Shown here piece after piece: positions 44,601 through 59,144 of a stretch of 64,000 nucleotides of DNA. The notes under the pieces are model-generated. The model was given only the letters and a program-made list of their open reading frames with translations, was not told where the DNA came from and did not search any database. The stretch comes from Eledone cirrhosa (Eukaryota): contig OZ024741.1 in the NCBI GenBank assembly GCA_964016885.1, positions 285,572,001 to 285,636,000 on the forward strand, in the 5' to 3' direction. Within the stretch, counting starts at the first letter, position 1. Every line of letters starts with the position of its first letter. Made by a program: the position numbers and the translations under genes.

Positions 44601-47600
44601 TTAAATAAAAATACCATTATCAATATAAACGTGATTGAAGGGGTCCTTTCTGTGGGGAGGGAATTCATTATATTTATCGAAGAAGAGGGTTCTGGTTCTT
44701 GATAAATAATTGCTTATTAAAAAGAAGAGAGAAAAAAAGAAACGATTTTTTAGTGATGGTTTCTTTGGAGTTATGACATTCGATTTTATCTTGTGGTGTG
44801 TGTGTGTGTGTATGTGCGTGTGTGTGCGTGAGTGCGTGATTCGTGTAGTTGCACATATATAGATTTTCCTACAGATATGTGTAAATTGATTACTCCTGTC
44901 AGATACCATGCTTTACAGCATGGAGTTACGGCCCTTTGCGGTCTGAGTTCAAATCCCGCAGAGGTTAACTTTGCCTCTCATCCTTACGGGGTCGATAAAA
45001 TAAAGCACCAGTAACGTACTGGGATAATTGCTGGCCTTGTGCCAAAAGTAGAAATAATTATTTATTGTTGAAGGGGTTAGGGTGAGGGCGGTGGTTTGGC
45101 AGTATCGGTAGAGGGTCGGACGCCATGCTTTGCAGCATAGAGTTACGGTCCTTTATGGTCTGAGTTCAAATCTTACCGAGGTTAAGTTTGCCTTTCATCC
45201 TTACGGGATCAATAAAATAAAGTACCAGTAATGAACTGGAGTAATTGCTGGCCTTGTGCCAAAAGTAGAAACAATTATTTATTGTCGAATGTGTGACAAT
45301 TACGTATTTAATTTTGATTTATATTTTTGATAAATTGTTTTTCTTTATTTATTCTCTATTGTTGAGTGTAAGCGTGTGGGGACATTCTGAAGTTGGTTAA
45401 GTCTAATCCTGCTCATGTAGCAATGTCACTACTTAAGGGCATTCGTCTAGTATTTTCATCACCTTTACTCTGAACGTTTGTCAATCGTTAAATTTGTCTT
45501 CTGGTTCTGCAATAAGGTATATAAGTAGTTACCACAGTTTGTTCATCAGCATTTTTTAACAGTGGGGTTGCGGCTTGATTGGATAAGATTTAGTGTTTTG
45601 GGCTTTTGATGATTTGTTGTGCTTCTAGGATTGTTTCATTTTTTCATCTTCATTTAGAATAGGGAGGGCTTTTCCGGTAACATTTTGATATTTTGGGGGT
45701 TCGATTTTGACATTTATTGGATTTTGACATTTATTGGATATATTTTAATCCTTTCTATTTCATTGCTTGCTTATACCTAGCGGAAGTCTCTTTGGGTGAG
45801 TATATTTTTCAGTTCAGCCAGTGTATGCCCTCGTTTTTTGGGTTCGAGAGAATATTGTGCATATTCGTTTTGCTAGGTTAAACGGAATGTTCAATTTCAT
45901 GATTTGATGTAAATAAAAATAACTTTTTTCAGTCAGTGGGTTTAGAGAAAATGTCTGTTTCTGATTTTCCGCCTGTTTTTGAAATGTTGATATCTAAAAA
46001 GGCCAATTTCATGGTATTAAACTCAACTGTAAATTAGATGCTGCTGGTGTTATTAATCTTGTTTTTTTTTAAAATTCTGTGTGTGTATCAAGGTTGTCCT
46101 ACCATAACATAAAACAATCGTCCTGGTACATTTTCCTGTTTGTTTTCAGTTATGTGAAGTATTTCTCGAAATAATAGTATTTATTGGCTGTAAATCATTT
46201 ATTCACGGAATTCCATGATTAAATTGGCGTGTGTAGGGGTTAATTTTGTGTCCGTGTTTCCTGGTATCTGTCAATACGCAGATCCATTGAACAAAAAGTA
46301 ATTGTTTTGCAATATGAATTTGAATCCATCAAGAAAAAATCTTTGTTGATGCGTATCAGTAATTCAGATTTGTGTGTGTGTAGCCAATATGCAATTGCAG
46401 TTATTCCACAGTCATGGAGTATGTTTGTTGGCGAACTCGAATTAAAAACAAATTGTGTGTTCACTTACTGTATTAGGGAGATGATTCGGCATGCCTATTG
46501 CATCTAGCCTGTAGCTCTGCACACGTTTTAAAAAGGGTTTTACAAAAAGGTATAAGTATTTACCTTGTGTAATTCAAATGCAGGGCCTCCTATAATTTCC
46601 TAAGTTTCAAATCTTCTGGAGATGTTAACTGTATGTATTTGGTTGCCAAAGTTTTGCAAGCATCATTTATCAGTTTACATTTGTGTATTTTCATTAGGCT
46701 ATAAAATATCTTTCGTTTTTCTTTTTTCGTTTGAAGTGGCTTATGTAGTTCATTTTCTTCCTTCGTGGTTAGGCCTTTGCAGTACTAAGTAAAGTTATAG
46801 ATTTTACATTAATTTTGATTGTTTGAAGTTGGTTGATTTTTCATAGTAACTGTTATCTTCTAACATGTTAAGGGCCAGATCTTTATAGTAGTCTGAATTC
46901 ATGCTGACTACAATACTTCCTTTTTCAGTTTCTTTAATAGTGATTTCAGCATTTTCTTTAAATCAATTATGTTCTTCCATTCATGTTTTGAAAAATTTGA
47001 TTTGATGCTTCTATTTCCAGTTTTTCAAAGGAAAAATTCATAATGTGTTTGCAGTAGGAGCCTAGTTCTTATTGGCAGAAATCACTTTTATTTCTAACTA
47101 GTGATTCCTTTTCATTGTCATTTTTTTCGGAGAATAATTTGGCTAGTCTGAATTTTCGTCAGAATCCGTGATGTTTATCAATTCGGAGAAGTTTGATTTC
47201 TGTGGGATATATGTACATTTGAGACCCTAACATAATTTATATATATTTGCATGATTTCCAATGACTTCTCTCAAAGGGTGATTACCTTCGGTTTCTCATG
47301 GATGGATGTCTGGTATTGCTGCCCTTGTACATTATATTTGTCTCCAATTTGATAATAAATATGCGCTGTAGATGGAAATAACCAATTTATACACATCCGT
47401 AAGCAAATCACACACACACACCACAAGGTAATAGGACAATTCATAACTCCAAAGAATCCTTCATTAAAAAACCTTTTCTTTCTTTCATTCTTCCTTTCTT
47501 TACTTGTTTCTTTCTTTCTCTTGTCTAATTTTAGTAAGGATTTATCTGTTAAATTCTCCAGAAGCCTTCTCTTTGACAAAAGTACCCACCCCACAAATGG

Positions 47601-47650
47601 ACCCCTGCAATCATGTTTATATATAGATACTAATATTTTTATTTACGTCT
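44601..47650 (-). mobile_element. Old Penelope-like element (possibly Neptune-like) with diverged inverted termini, interrupted by SINEs
   Basis: Minus-strand remnants IKETEKGSIVVSMN..YY, TPTHANLIME, DDCFMLW, AFLDINI, TDIFSKPTD, NIPFNLAKRICTI; 44601-44815 resembles the reverse complement of 47405-47650. Confidence 0.75.
44885..45285 (+). mobile_element. Two tandem octopus-type tRNA-derived SINEs
   Basis: A-box-like tggcagtatcgg, B-box gagttcaaatc, tttgcctttcatccttacggggtcgataaaataaag core, gctggccttgtgccaaaagtagaaa tail. Confidence 0.85.
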
Positions 47651-47989
47651 CTTCATTCTTTTATGCTTGCATTTATCTGTAAACCCTGAAAATATACTTA
47701 AACTCTTGAGACAATGGAGTCGACCTTACATACACACACGCACACGCATACACACACACACACTCACACACTCACACACAATACACACAGGCAGTGACAC
47801 ACACTCACACAAACACACACACGTACACACACACATACATGCACACACACACACATACACACACATACATGCACACACACACACATACACACACAGGCAG
47901 GGACGCACACTCACACAAACACACACACCTATACACACATACACTCACACACACACACATTACTCACATACATACACACACGCACAAAC

Positions 47990-48742
47990 ACACACACCAA
48001 GACCAAAGAAAATACTTATATCCACTTTTAGCAATTTTTACAAACCCTGGAAATGATTTGAACTCTTTACAAAATGAGCCTTCACCATATTACACATACA
48101 CACACATGCACACACACACACATGCATACATACACACCCTCACATGCATACATACACACACACACTCACATGCATACATACACACACACACACATGCATA
48201 CATACACACACTCACACAGACACACAACACAACACACACACTCACACATACACTCACACACACTTACACACACACTCTACTCACACACACACACTCACAC
48301 ACACACACACTACTCACACACACACACGCACATGCACAAACACACACACCAAGACCAAAGAAAATACTTATATCCACTTTTAGGAATTTTTACAAACACT
48401 GGAAATGATTTGAACTCTTTACAAAATGAGATTCACCAAATTACACATACACACACACATGCACACACACACACATGCATACATACACACCCACACTCAC
48501 ACATACACACACACACACATATATACACACACACACTCACACATACACACACAGAACACAACACACACACTCACACATACACTCACACACACTCACACAC
48601 ACACTCTACTCACACACACACACACACACACACACTACTCACACACACACACCAAGACCAAAGAAAATACTTATATCCACTTTGAGCAATTTTTACAAAC
48701 ACTGGAAATGATTTGAACTCTTTACAAAATGAGATTCACCAA

Positions 48743-48750
<8 letters not shown>
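47990..48750. repeat. Three-copy compound minisatellite (about 80-bp core plus CA-rich spacer)
   Basis: accaagaccaaagaaaatacttatatccacttt..aactctttacaaaatgag at about 47996, 48348 and 48651. Confidence 0.9.
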
Positions 48751-48830
<80 letters not shown>

Positions 48831-49328
48831 CATACATACACACATATATGCACACACACACACACACTACAGAACAACAAAATACCATATGGACATTTAT
48901 TCTGAAAAGAAATGCAACTTTCTATTCATATACACATAATGCGTATATAATTACATATGTAACTACATACATGCAGATTTACATACGTACAAGTATGCAT
49001 ACATAAATACATACATACATGTATACATACTTACATGTATGCATGCATGCACACATACATACATGCATACATACATGCACACATACATACATGCATACAT
49101 ACATGCATACATACATACATACATACATACATACATACATACATACATACATACATACATACATACATACATACTCCTTATAATACTTTTCAGTTTATCA
49201 AAATAGTGTTTATAAAATGAAGCCAAAGATGATAATTTACAGAAAGTGTTCTACATCATAAAATGTCCATTAAAAGTTTCTTCCCTTTTTCCTTGTCTTT
49301 ACAGATGTAACATTGAAACAATATACAT

Positions 49329-49333
49329 TACTA

Positions 49334-49368
<35 letters not shown>

Positions 49369-49459
49369 ACTACTACTCCTACTGCTAACACTACTACTAC
49401 TGATGTTGCTGCTGCTGCTACTACTACTACTACTGCTGCTGTTACTACTACTTCTGCTG

Positions 49460-49531
<72 letters not shown>
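49329..49531. repeat. (CTA)n/(CTG)n trinucleotide microsatellite
   Basis: Direct reading. Confidence 0.95.
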
Positions 49532-49849
49532 GCCATCATTTATTAGAGAATAAATTAACGAATGAAGAAGGTATATTAACATCTAGGAGCGTAAAAAGCG
49601 AAAGGAAATAATGAACAAAAAGAAGCAATAGACAGAATAAATGTATAAACGTCGTTAATGAGAAGTCGAAACAAAGGATGCAGGACAAAGTGTCCCTGTG
49701 GAGAGGATTTTAACAAATCTTTTAACATCGAAGGGTTTGAGATTTACAAAAATGAAGCATAATAAAAAATTATTTATTTTGTAAGGTTTCTGAAGCAATC
49801 GGTTGACAGTTGAAACATGTTCATTGGTCTCAGATCAATTCCTGATCTG

Positions 49850-50125
49850 AGAGGCTCAATATATCGTGTAGAATTATGGCAGTGGTAATGATGGTAGAAA
49901 TTTGAGCAATACCTATGAAGTCAGGCATTCCAAGGCTTTTGATGAAATAGATTAGGAGTTGTGAGGCATGCTTAGCGCCCCAGTCACGATTGGCACAACT
50001 TCTGTCTTTACATGATTCTCAGTCCTAATAGCGCCGGCAAGCTCTGCATACTTATTAATCTTTTCCATTTCGTGTTCAGCCACATTGAGATCTTGAGGGT
50101 CCGCAATATCAATTAGAGTCTATTT
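49850..50125 (-). mobile_element. Restriction-like endonuclease C-terminal fragment of an R4/R2-type LINE
   Basis: Minus strand LIDIADPQDLNVAEHEMEKINKYAELA..VVPIVTGAL. Confidence 0.72.
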
Positions 50126-52561
50126 GTCTGTGTGTGAGAGGGTGTGATTAACCTAATGATAATAATACTACAAATTCGATGACAACCACGTGGTTACCAT
50201 GAAAACAACTTTTTATCCATTTTACAAAATGTTTGACATTGAATTGTTGTTGTTTCATTGTTAGGAAAGATGGCAAAGAGAAGTAAATGGCAGTGTCTAT
50301 ATGTATTACTTATATCCCTGCAAAGTGTCATGTTCATAACTTTAGTGGTTCTGGAAAGGTTTTGAACACTATAGAAGTATGACATTTTAACATATTTGGG
50401 TACAACTGATGAATTCATTAGAAACATGAGATCCTCCAGGCTTACAGAGTCCCTAAAGCATCCAGGTAGGAAAAGTTACAACCGATAAATAAGCTAAAGA
50501 TTAAATATCGTAAATAGCTCCGAATATTTTTTTTCTTAATTTTCTATTTCTGTGTGAATCCTGCTTTAAATTGTTCAAATTATCTGAATCTATTCTGCCC
50601 ACATCAGAATAGATCCAAGGAATGTTTGTAGAAAATAACACAACATGATTTTATCCTTTGAAAATTGTGGCAGAGATCGTTTGAAGAAAATGACATTACA
50701 TAATTTCACCCTTTGAAAATTGTGGCAGAGATTAAAAATTATATTTAGACATGATATCCTGCTGATACTTATATATCACTCACTGATATTACAAGAATTC
50801 TCTTCATATGTAGTCGCGTAATTACTATATACTTTGAAATCAATTGTGAAGTGCAAAATATGTCCCAATAAAAATGAAATTATAATAAATAATACTTTAA
50901 AGGAAACACGGATAAGGAAATTGAGTTATCTGCCGATTTCTGATACTGTGGTTCGAAAGTTCAACAAGAAAGTTAATACATTTCTTAGAAAGATTCTCTC
51001 ACCATAGACTTATGTAAACTGAAATGATAAAGGCATTTATACATCGATGTGAGAATATCAAATCTCAACTCTCATTAAATGGGAATAACTTCAGAACCGT
51101 AATTATTTGTTGTTATAGTTTGTAGCTTGTTGAAAATGACTTGAAAAATATTCATAAAAGGCAGAATTGACATTACACTTATTTTTTGAGCCCCCAAATT
51201 CTGCAAATATCTCAATGTAGCCTGATATATTTCAGATAACTCATATCACTGTTCAATGAACGGGATGGATTTATTAATTACAATATATGTTTACCTAATA
51301 ACATACAATAAATATGATGTAGATTTTGCCAGTAGAGATTAAACAGAGAACGGTTTAATAAAATTTACAGTCATCATAAGGATGAAATACATTACAGTGG
51401 ATAAATAAAGAAACAGAGTTTCTTTCATAGAGAGTCTCAATTTCCTTTAATTTGAAACCAAAATAATACTGAAATTTCGAAGCAGACGGATGACTGAATT
51501 TTCTTCATTACGGAATTGTCAAGAGTGATTGACATGGTAAATTTTGCATCAAGTGACGTGACATAAATACACGGAACAGCTACATGCTCATAGGATTGTT
51601 CTATAATGAAGTATATAAAACAACTTGTCAATGCAAAATACGAAATATGCTATAACCGTATCTAAACATATTTAACAAAACATGCACGCTATAATATTTT
51701 CTTCTCTTTAATATTTTCTTATCTTTTTGTTTATTGTAGTTTTACATTTTATTCTCAAAATATTATTTTTTAATTATTTTTTCCCCGAAAATCTACCGAT
51801 TTATACGGGAAGGAAATTATCCTAATTTAATTCAAATCCAACAATCGCATTTGTTTATTGTAAATAAATTATAGAGACGCTTTGGAATAATAATTTGTTT
51901 GAGTGGGAAGGAAAGCTATCACTGCATTAAGGCTGTCACTGATTCATTTAGCAAATACAAATCAAATATATCGCTTACAAATGTAAATAATAAAACCAAT
52001 GAAAAACTGTAAATATGAAGGAATAAATTAATATCGAATACTATAATTTGATTTAGGATTTGATCCTAGCCAAATGAACGGATGAAAGTAATATTTAAAA
52101 AGTGAAAAAATATGAAAAGCAAACTTCATTAAGACCTCAATCAACGTAGTCTCTATGAGTATGATACTGCTTTGCAATACTTGGTAGTCAATTCAATTAC
52201 CTACACCTTTTCCATTAACCGTTGGACGTCAGTTACAGCTACTCACACAACATGATTATTTACATCTATTTGAAAATACTGAGGTCAAGAGTCCGAAAAA
52301 CGGCCACAATGTGGATCAATACGATTCACAGGGTACGATATATCAGTGCGATCAATACATCATTCGAATGATTGTGAGACACACTGTAAGCACTCTGGCT
52401 ATTTCAGATCAATACATATACATACCAAATATGTTTCTATATTGTTGTAAATATAACACGGCTTCAAATACCTAAGAACACAACGTATGATTTTACTACC
52501 TATCTATCTAAATATATTTACCGCATTTTTTCTCTCTCTCTAACACACACAGGCACACACA

Positions 52562-52676
<115 letters not shown>

Positions 52677-52922
52677 ATATATAAATATATAAATGACTCT
52701 GGAGCTTGAGCAAATTCATTGAGGAAATCTTGCATAACGGCTACCTACCATAAAATTATATCATTCACCTCCTACTCTCACTGAAACCAACTCTTCAAGG
52801 CCACATTGAGTGCTAACAACGTTAATTGATTCACCACAAATAGATACACATATACATAAATACATAAATAGATAAATAAATAAATAAATAAATACAACAT
52901 GCATACATTCATACATGATGAT

Positions 52923-52993
52923 GGTGGCTGCAACACGATTTCGAATAATGCCATCGCATAATACTTAAGCATGAGTGAGCATAACGAACGTGG
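52923..52993 (+). ncRNA. Candidate HDV-like ribozyme at the 5' end of a short (CATA)n-embedded element
   Basis: P1 GGTGGC/GCCATC, P2 CACG/CGTG, P3 ATT/AAT with loop TCGAAT, P4 core ACTTA/TGAGT, J4/2 CGAA, in HDV order. Confidence 0.5.
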
Positions 52994-53677
52994 CTTTTAA
53001 TCCTACATGGGACTTGCCTATAGCCAGCAATACCATGCATCGCAGAAAATGTTATATACCAAGAGATGCCTGAGCTTGAAGCTGTTTTAACTGAATAACG
53101 GCTTTGCACGAAGTTGATCCTACTCCCTGAACATTGAATGCATTTACCCAATTAAAACTAGTCTCTATCACTGGATGCAAACATACATACATACATACAT
53201 GGTGGCTGCAAACTCTGCTAAGAGTACTGCAATTGTTTGTCAGATTACAGAAAATGGTGCACTTTTAGACTACGGCCAGCCACACAAACCTGTAACATAT
53301 CCTGAACAAGCAATGCCTGTGCTTTGAAGGTTTTTTAAGTGGGCAAAGGACTTGCACTCGACCAATCCTACTCTCTGAGCATCGAAAACACTACGCGGAA
53401 AGGAGAACTGATCAACCACATCGGCTGCCTCCTAAGACCCAGGTTTCTGTCAGAATTTCCCTCTCCTAGAAAGGTGCTGTGACAACAACTGGGGGATTTT
53501 CACTCCAAATAGAAAATACATACATAATTACATACATACATACATACAAAACATGTGTGAAATTATAAAACCAAAAGAACGAACATACATACATACATAC
53601 ATAATTAAATACATAACATTTGTGAAATTATAAAACCAAAAGAGCAAACATACATAAATACATTCATACATACATAT

Positions 53678-55750
53678 AAGCTTTTGATTCTGTTCCCCAC
53701 TCTTGGATGATAGAGGCCCTCCAGCTTGCTAAAGTCCCAGATATTATTGTCAGAGCCATAGAGAAGCTGTCTTCTTGGGCTACTATCCTAAGGTTAAAGA
53801 CAGAGAGGGAGGACTCTATTTTCACTGATAAAATAAAATATCGCAGGGGTATATTTCAGGGAGACAGTCTCTCTGTGATATTATTCATCCTATCATTAAA
53901 CCCCTTGTCCTTTCTGCTCAAGAAATGTGAAGGATACATAATTGGCTCACAGGAGGACAGAAATACGAACCTAACCCATAATTTCTTTGTGGATGATCTG
54001 AAACTCTATGCCAAGAACATGGATGGGATGAAGAAAAATCTTGACCTGGTTACAACGTTCTCAAAGGATATAGAAATGGAGTTTGGCCAAGATAAATGCT
54101 CATATATGACTGTAAAGCGGGGAAAACAACAACCCTATCTAGTAACATTGTCATCAATGGCCTAACTGTTTCACCGATATCTGATGCAGACTGCTACAGA
54201 TACCTGTGGATAGATGAGAACATATCCTATAATGGTATCTGTAATAAGGAACGCGTAACCAGGGAATACTACACCCGATTAAGAAAGATTTGGTCATCGG
54301 AACTCTCTGCGCAAAACAAAACAGTGGTTCACAATGTGTTTACTGTGCCTGTCCTAACACCAACGTTTGAAATACTCAATTGGACGATAGATGAAATCCG
54401 AGCAGTTGATGTATAGAACTCGAAAAATACCAAACAACACCGGAACCTTCCACATCAACAGTGACATACACCGCCTTTACTTGAAACATAAGCAGGAAGG
54501 CAGAGGCCTAACATCATTCCAGACAACATTTGAATGTCGCATCATATACCTCCGACATCTACGAACCTCGAAGCGTAGGAGCCCGTCCCTCGAGCAGGTC
54601 TATCTGCATGAAACAGACAAGATCATGAGAGTTGGGAAGGAACTCCTCGAGAGATATTCTCTGTGTGATAATCAAAAACTCACATCCAGGGAAGTCGCTC
54701 AGCAGTATCGCAGTGAATCCATGGATGAAAAACTGCATGCTTATCAGCAAAAAATCATGCATGAATATGTTGCCAGGAAACTCCAGAGTGAGAGTAATAT
54801 AGATAAGGAAAGTAGTCTATCTTGGACCAACAACCGCTATGTTGGCTCCCACTTTGAAGGATAGGCTTTTGCAATCCAAGAACAGGAAATTAACACGAAA
54901 TACCTGATTCACAAAAGAGATAGGATGCAGGCAAAACACCTAGATGTGATAACAAGTACAGACTCTGCAGAATTAACATCGAAGATGTCACCCATGTCAT
55001 CAGCAGCTCTCCAAAGATGTCATCGCAGTACTATCTACCTATGAGGCATGATGTAGTGGCCAAAACACTGTACAATGCAATCCATAGAAAAGATAGCCCC
55101 GATAATAAACACATTAAAAGTTACAGCAATGTGGAAGATATCCATATGTATAATATGAGAGAGTACTGGTGAAATTTTCCAGTAAAAGCCCCAATAAAAT
55201 GCAGGCATAACAGACCAAATATTATGATATGGGACAGGAAAAGAAAGCATGCACAGTAGTGGAAGTTAGCTGCCCAGCAGATGTCAATGTAATATCAAAG
55301 ATTAGCGAAAAGGAGAATATTATGCAGACCTGATGAGAAATCTGCAGATACTCCACCCTGATTACACCTTCAGATTTATGCCAGTGATTATTGGGGCACT
55401 GGGGTATGTTAGTAACTGCCTCAATACAAATCTTGAGAAGCTAGGCTTTACAGGAACAGAAAGAACACAGCTAGTTAGGAAATTACAAGTACAATCCATA
55501 CAAATATGTAAAACATTTTGCATCTAATAACTGATATACAGATACAAAGCATATACACATGCACACATACAACTCAAAACATACACATCCACAAATACAA
55601 TAACATCCATATCTACACATGCATGCATATAGACATACATATCTACCTAGTTGATGTTGTGTAAATTCCAATGAGAGAGTCTTGTGTCTATGTTAGAAAC
55701 AGACTCTCTCTCTATTGGCAAACATTTGTGAAATTATAAAACCAGAAGAA
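53678..55750 (+). mobile_element. 5'-truncated, decayed R4/Dong-clade LINE (RT, CCHC, restriction-like endonuclease) in (CATA)n
   Basis: AFDSVPHSW, RGIFQGDSLS, FFVDDLKLY, GRGL, AIQEQEINT, RLC..EDVTHVIS, RHD.VA, RPNIMIWD, PVIIGALG. Confidence 0.9.
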
Positions 55751-56007
55751 CATACATACGACCTGTACAAATTACATACTTACCTACATCTACATGTATG
55801 CACATACATACATATGAGGTATATTTAATTGGCTTTGACAGTCAGATATGTGTTTTGACATTTAGCCTACCTTAAAACTTATAAATAATTGTCACAAATA
55901 AATTTGACAAACTAGTTGACCACATATCGCATGAGTTTATATCAGATGATATTTTACCAACGTAGTGTATGTACTCTATATTGTTACATATGTTACATTC
56001 ATTCTGC

Positions 56008-56132
<125 letters not shown>

Positions 56133-56283
56133 CACAATGTGGTCTGCTTTTCGTAGTAGGTTCTATACCGTTGTTAAAACTCAATGTTACACGTTACCAT
56201 GTAGTTCAGTGAGATCCAATGATTGGTTACGTAGTTCGCTAAGTCAATCTTTCAGATACAGTGTCTGATATATTACATATTAG

Positions 56284-56512
56284 TTTATTTAACAATGATA
56301 ACAAAGGCAAGTTATTTTATATATCTCATTGATTGTTTTACGATCGTTTCGGAGGGTTGATCATAACCCATATGTTAAGTCTAATAGTATACAGTTATCT
56401 AACTGCTATAGATCATTCAATATATCGATATGATCAACCCCCCGAAACGATTGTAAAACAATAAATGAGATATGTAAAATAACTTGCCTTTGTTATCATT
56501 GTTAAATGAAAT
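56284..56512. repeat. Fold-back with hammerhead 3' halves (GAAACGATCGTA)
   Basis: 56284-56365 is the reverse complement of 56430-56512; no CTGA box found. Confidence 0.8.
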
Positions 56513-57012
56513 AATATATATATATATGTGTAAATGAAGTAATTCCGTCGGAAAGGTCCAGAAAAAAAGAGTGCTCTATGTAGGTAACAGAGCTTAATAG
56601 TTATGTAATAAACAACATAAGGCAATTATTTCATTTACCAGTGGTTTCTTAAAAGCAAAACAAATTTTTGCTTTCAATCATCAGAATGAAAAAAATCCTG
56701 GTGTATTTATTGACATTTGATTTTAAAAACAAAAATATAATCTGTATGAAAGTGAGGCTGAAAAGGAAGTAGGAAAGGAAATATAAACACACGTGCACAC
56801 GCACACACACACGCAATTACATACACACACATATACACATACACATATATATACACATACACACGCACACATATATATGTATATATATATATATATATAC
56901 ACATACATATACACATACATACATACACACATATATATATCAACATATCCATACATACACATACATAAACATGCACACACACACACATGCATATATATAT
57001 ATATACATATAT

Positions 57013-57043
<31 letters not shown>

Positions 57044-57419
57044 CATATACATATATATATATGCATACATACACACAATCATACATATATACACACGTAC
57101 ATACATACACATACATACACACATATATACACGCATACATACGCATGCACAAAAATAGATATATGTACACACACAAATAATTATAAGAAAAATATAATAA
57201 TAAAAATACCGTCACATAAGAAGAAATAAAAATGAATATAAAAATTATTATAGTGTTGACAGCGATACAGGCAACAAATAAATGAACAAACACACGTGGT
57301 AAGCAATACATACAATTGCACATACACATACATATACATATACACATACATACACATACACATATACATACACACACACATATACATATATACACATATA
57401 CATATATACATATATACAC

Positions 57420-57472
<53 letters not shown>

Positions 57473-57924
57473 CATACATATACATACATACATATCACAA
57501 ACACATACAAATACATATACAAACATATGTATGTGTGTAAAACTCATTCTTAGATGTATTCATATGAACCTTGTTTAACTCTTAAATATACATATATATA
57601 TATGTATACATATATATACACGTATATATATATACATACATATACATACACACACACACATACATACACATAATTATACATACATACATACACACACACG
57701 CATATATATATAAGAAAAACATAAATATTATATATATTAAAAAAAACCTAAATGTTGTATATATAAAAATAAAAAAAAGTTGGGAATACGACAAATAATA
57801 AATAAATAAATAATTAGAAAAGGGTATAAATGTTTATAGCTGATTTACAGCAGTCAACAAGTTCCTGGAGCAAATGATCAATGAACATAAGCATTAAATC
57901 ACTGTATGTAATTATGCATATACG

Positions 57925-58006
<82 letters not shown>

Positions 58007-58267
58007 ACCATAGAAATACACACACACATACATACACATACATACATATACGTATATATATACACATATAGGAAAAAGTATGACCCCACGGCAGAGCTCA
58101 TATATATATATATATATACAGTATTTTCCGTAGTCTTGTAATATGAATATTACACACAGTAGATGGACAGCTCACGTAGAGTTTGCTCGACGGTTCCAGT
58201 TGTAGTTTCAAAAGTAATCCGGAGAAAATAGAAGGATTTAAATGGATACAGTTCAGTTAAAAGGAAT

Positions 58268-58388
58268 TTATTGACACGTGTTTCAATAACAGTTACATAA
58301 CCTGAAAATAGCTGCTATCTACAAAGTATTAGTTATGCAGACATTCAATATTTCAATGTTATTATCAACTGTCATTTCATCAGAATAA
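58268..58388 (-). ncRNA. Type I hammerhead in the inverted pseudo-LTR
   Basis: Minus strand TTATT-CTGATGA-AATGACAGTT..AACTGTTATT-GAAACACGTGTC/-AATAA; palindromic ACACGTGT stem III. Confidence 0.88.
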
Positions 58389-58910
58389 TTTTATTGAGAA
58401 CCTGTTTGGTTTTTATAGAGAACATTAGGAGGGAGTTGTTAGAAGAATAGTTAAGGGAGTGGTTTTTTGATAGCAGTGAGAATTTTTGGTGGCAGTGAGT
58501 AATTAGATTCCCATCTGTTGTTTTGACATTTTTATAGAATATATTGTTTGGCGTTGGTTATTTTTCTAAATCTATAGAAGGATTAGAGATAGTATAGATA
58601 TGCATGGTTGATTTTGTGTTTGCACTTAATTAACATTCAGACTTAAATTTTTCTTTCAAGTGTACGTATCCTTTTGCCCACGCATTCACACACAGACATA
58701 TATGCACACCTCTACAAAATACATATACTCACATACACATACTTACATGCTCATACTTACATACATATATACATGCACATATATATATATACATATATAT
58801 ACATATATATATGTACATACATACGCATTAATGTGTATACATTTTCATACTCAACTTATCTTTATATACACACGTATAGACACACACATATATATATACA
58901 TACTCCTGTC

Positions 58911-58971
<61 letters not shown>

Positions 58972-59144
58972 ACTTTAATACATGAATACACATACATCTA
59001 ACTATACACATCAAATATATATATATTTACTTATTTATATACATATATATTTATATACATATATATATTTACTTATTTATATACATTTTCACATATATAT
59101 ATACATACATATTGTCGCTTTTAGACACATTCATTATAGCATAT

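Noticed and set aside
49246-49611. Poly-Thr/Ser/Leu mucin-like ORFs
   Set aside because: Trinucleotide microsatellite open in several frames
50150-52500. Repeat-poor stretch (also 62040-62900) as possible host exons or regulatory DNA
   Set aside because: No convincing ORF, domain or splice pattern; RNA-seq or conservation data would be needed
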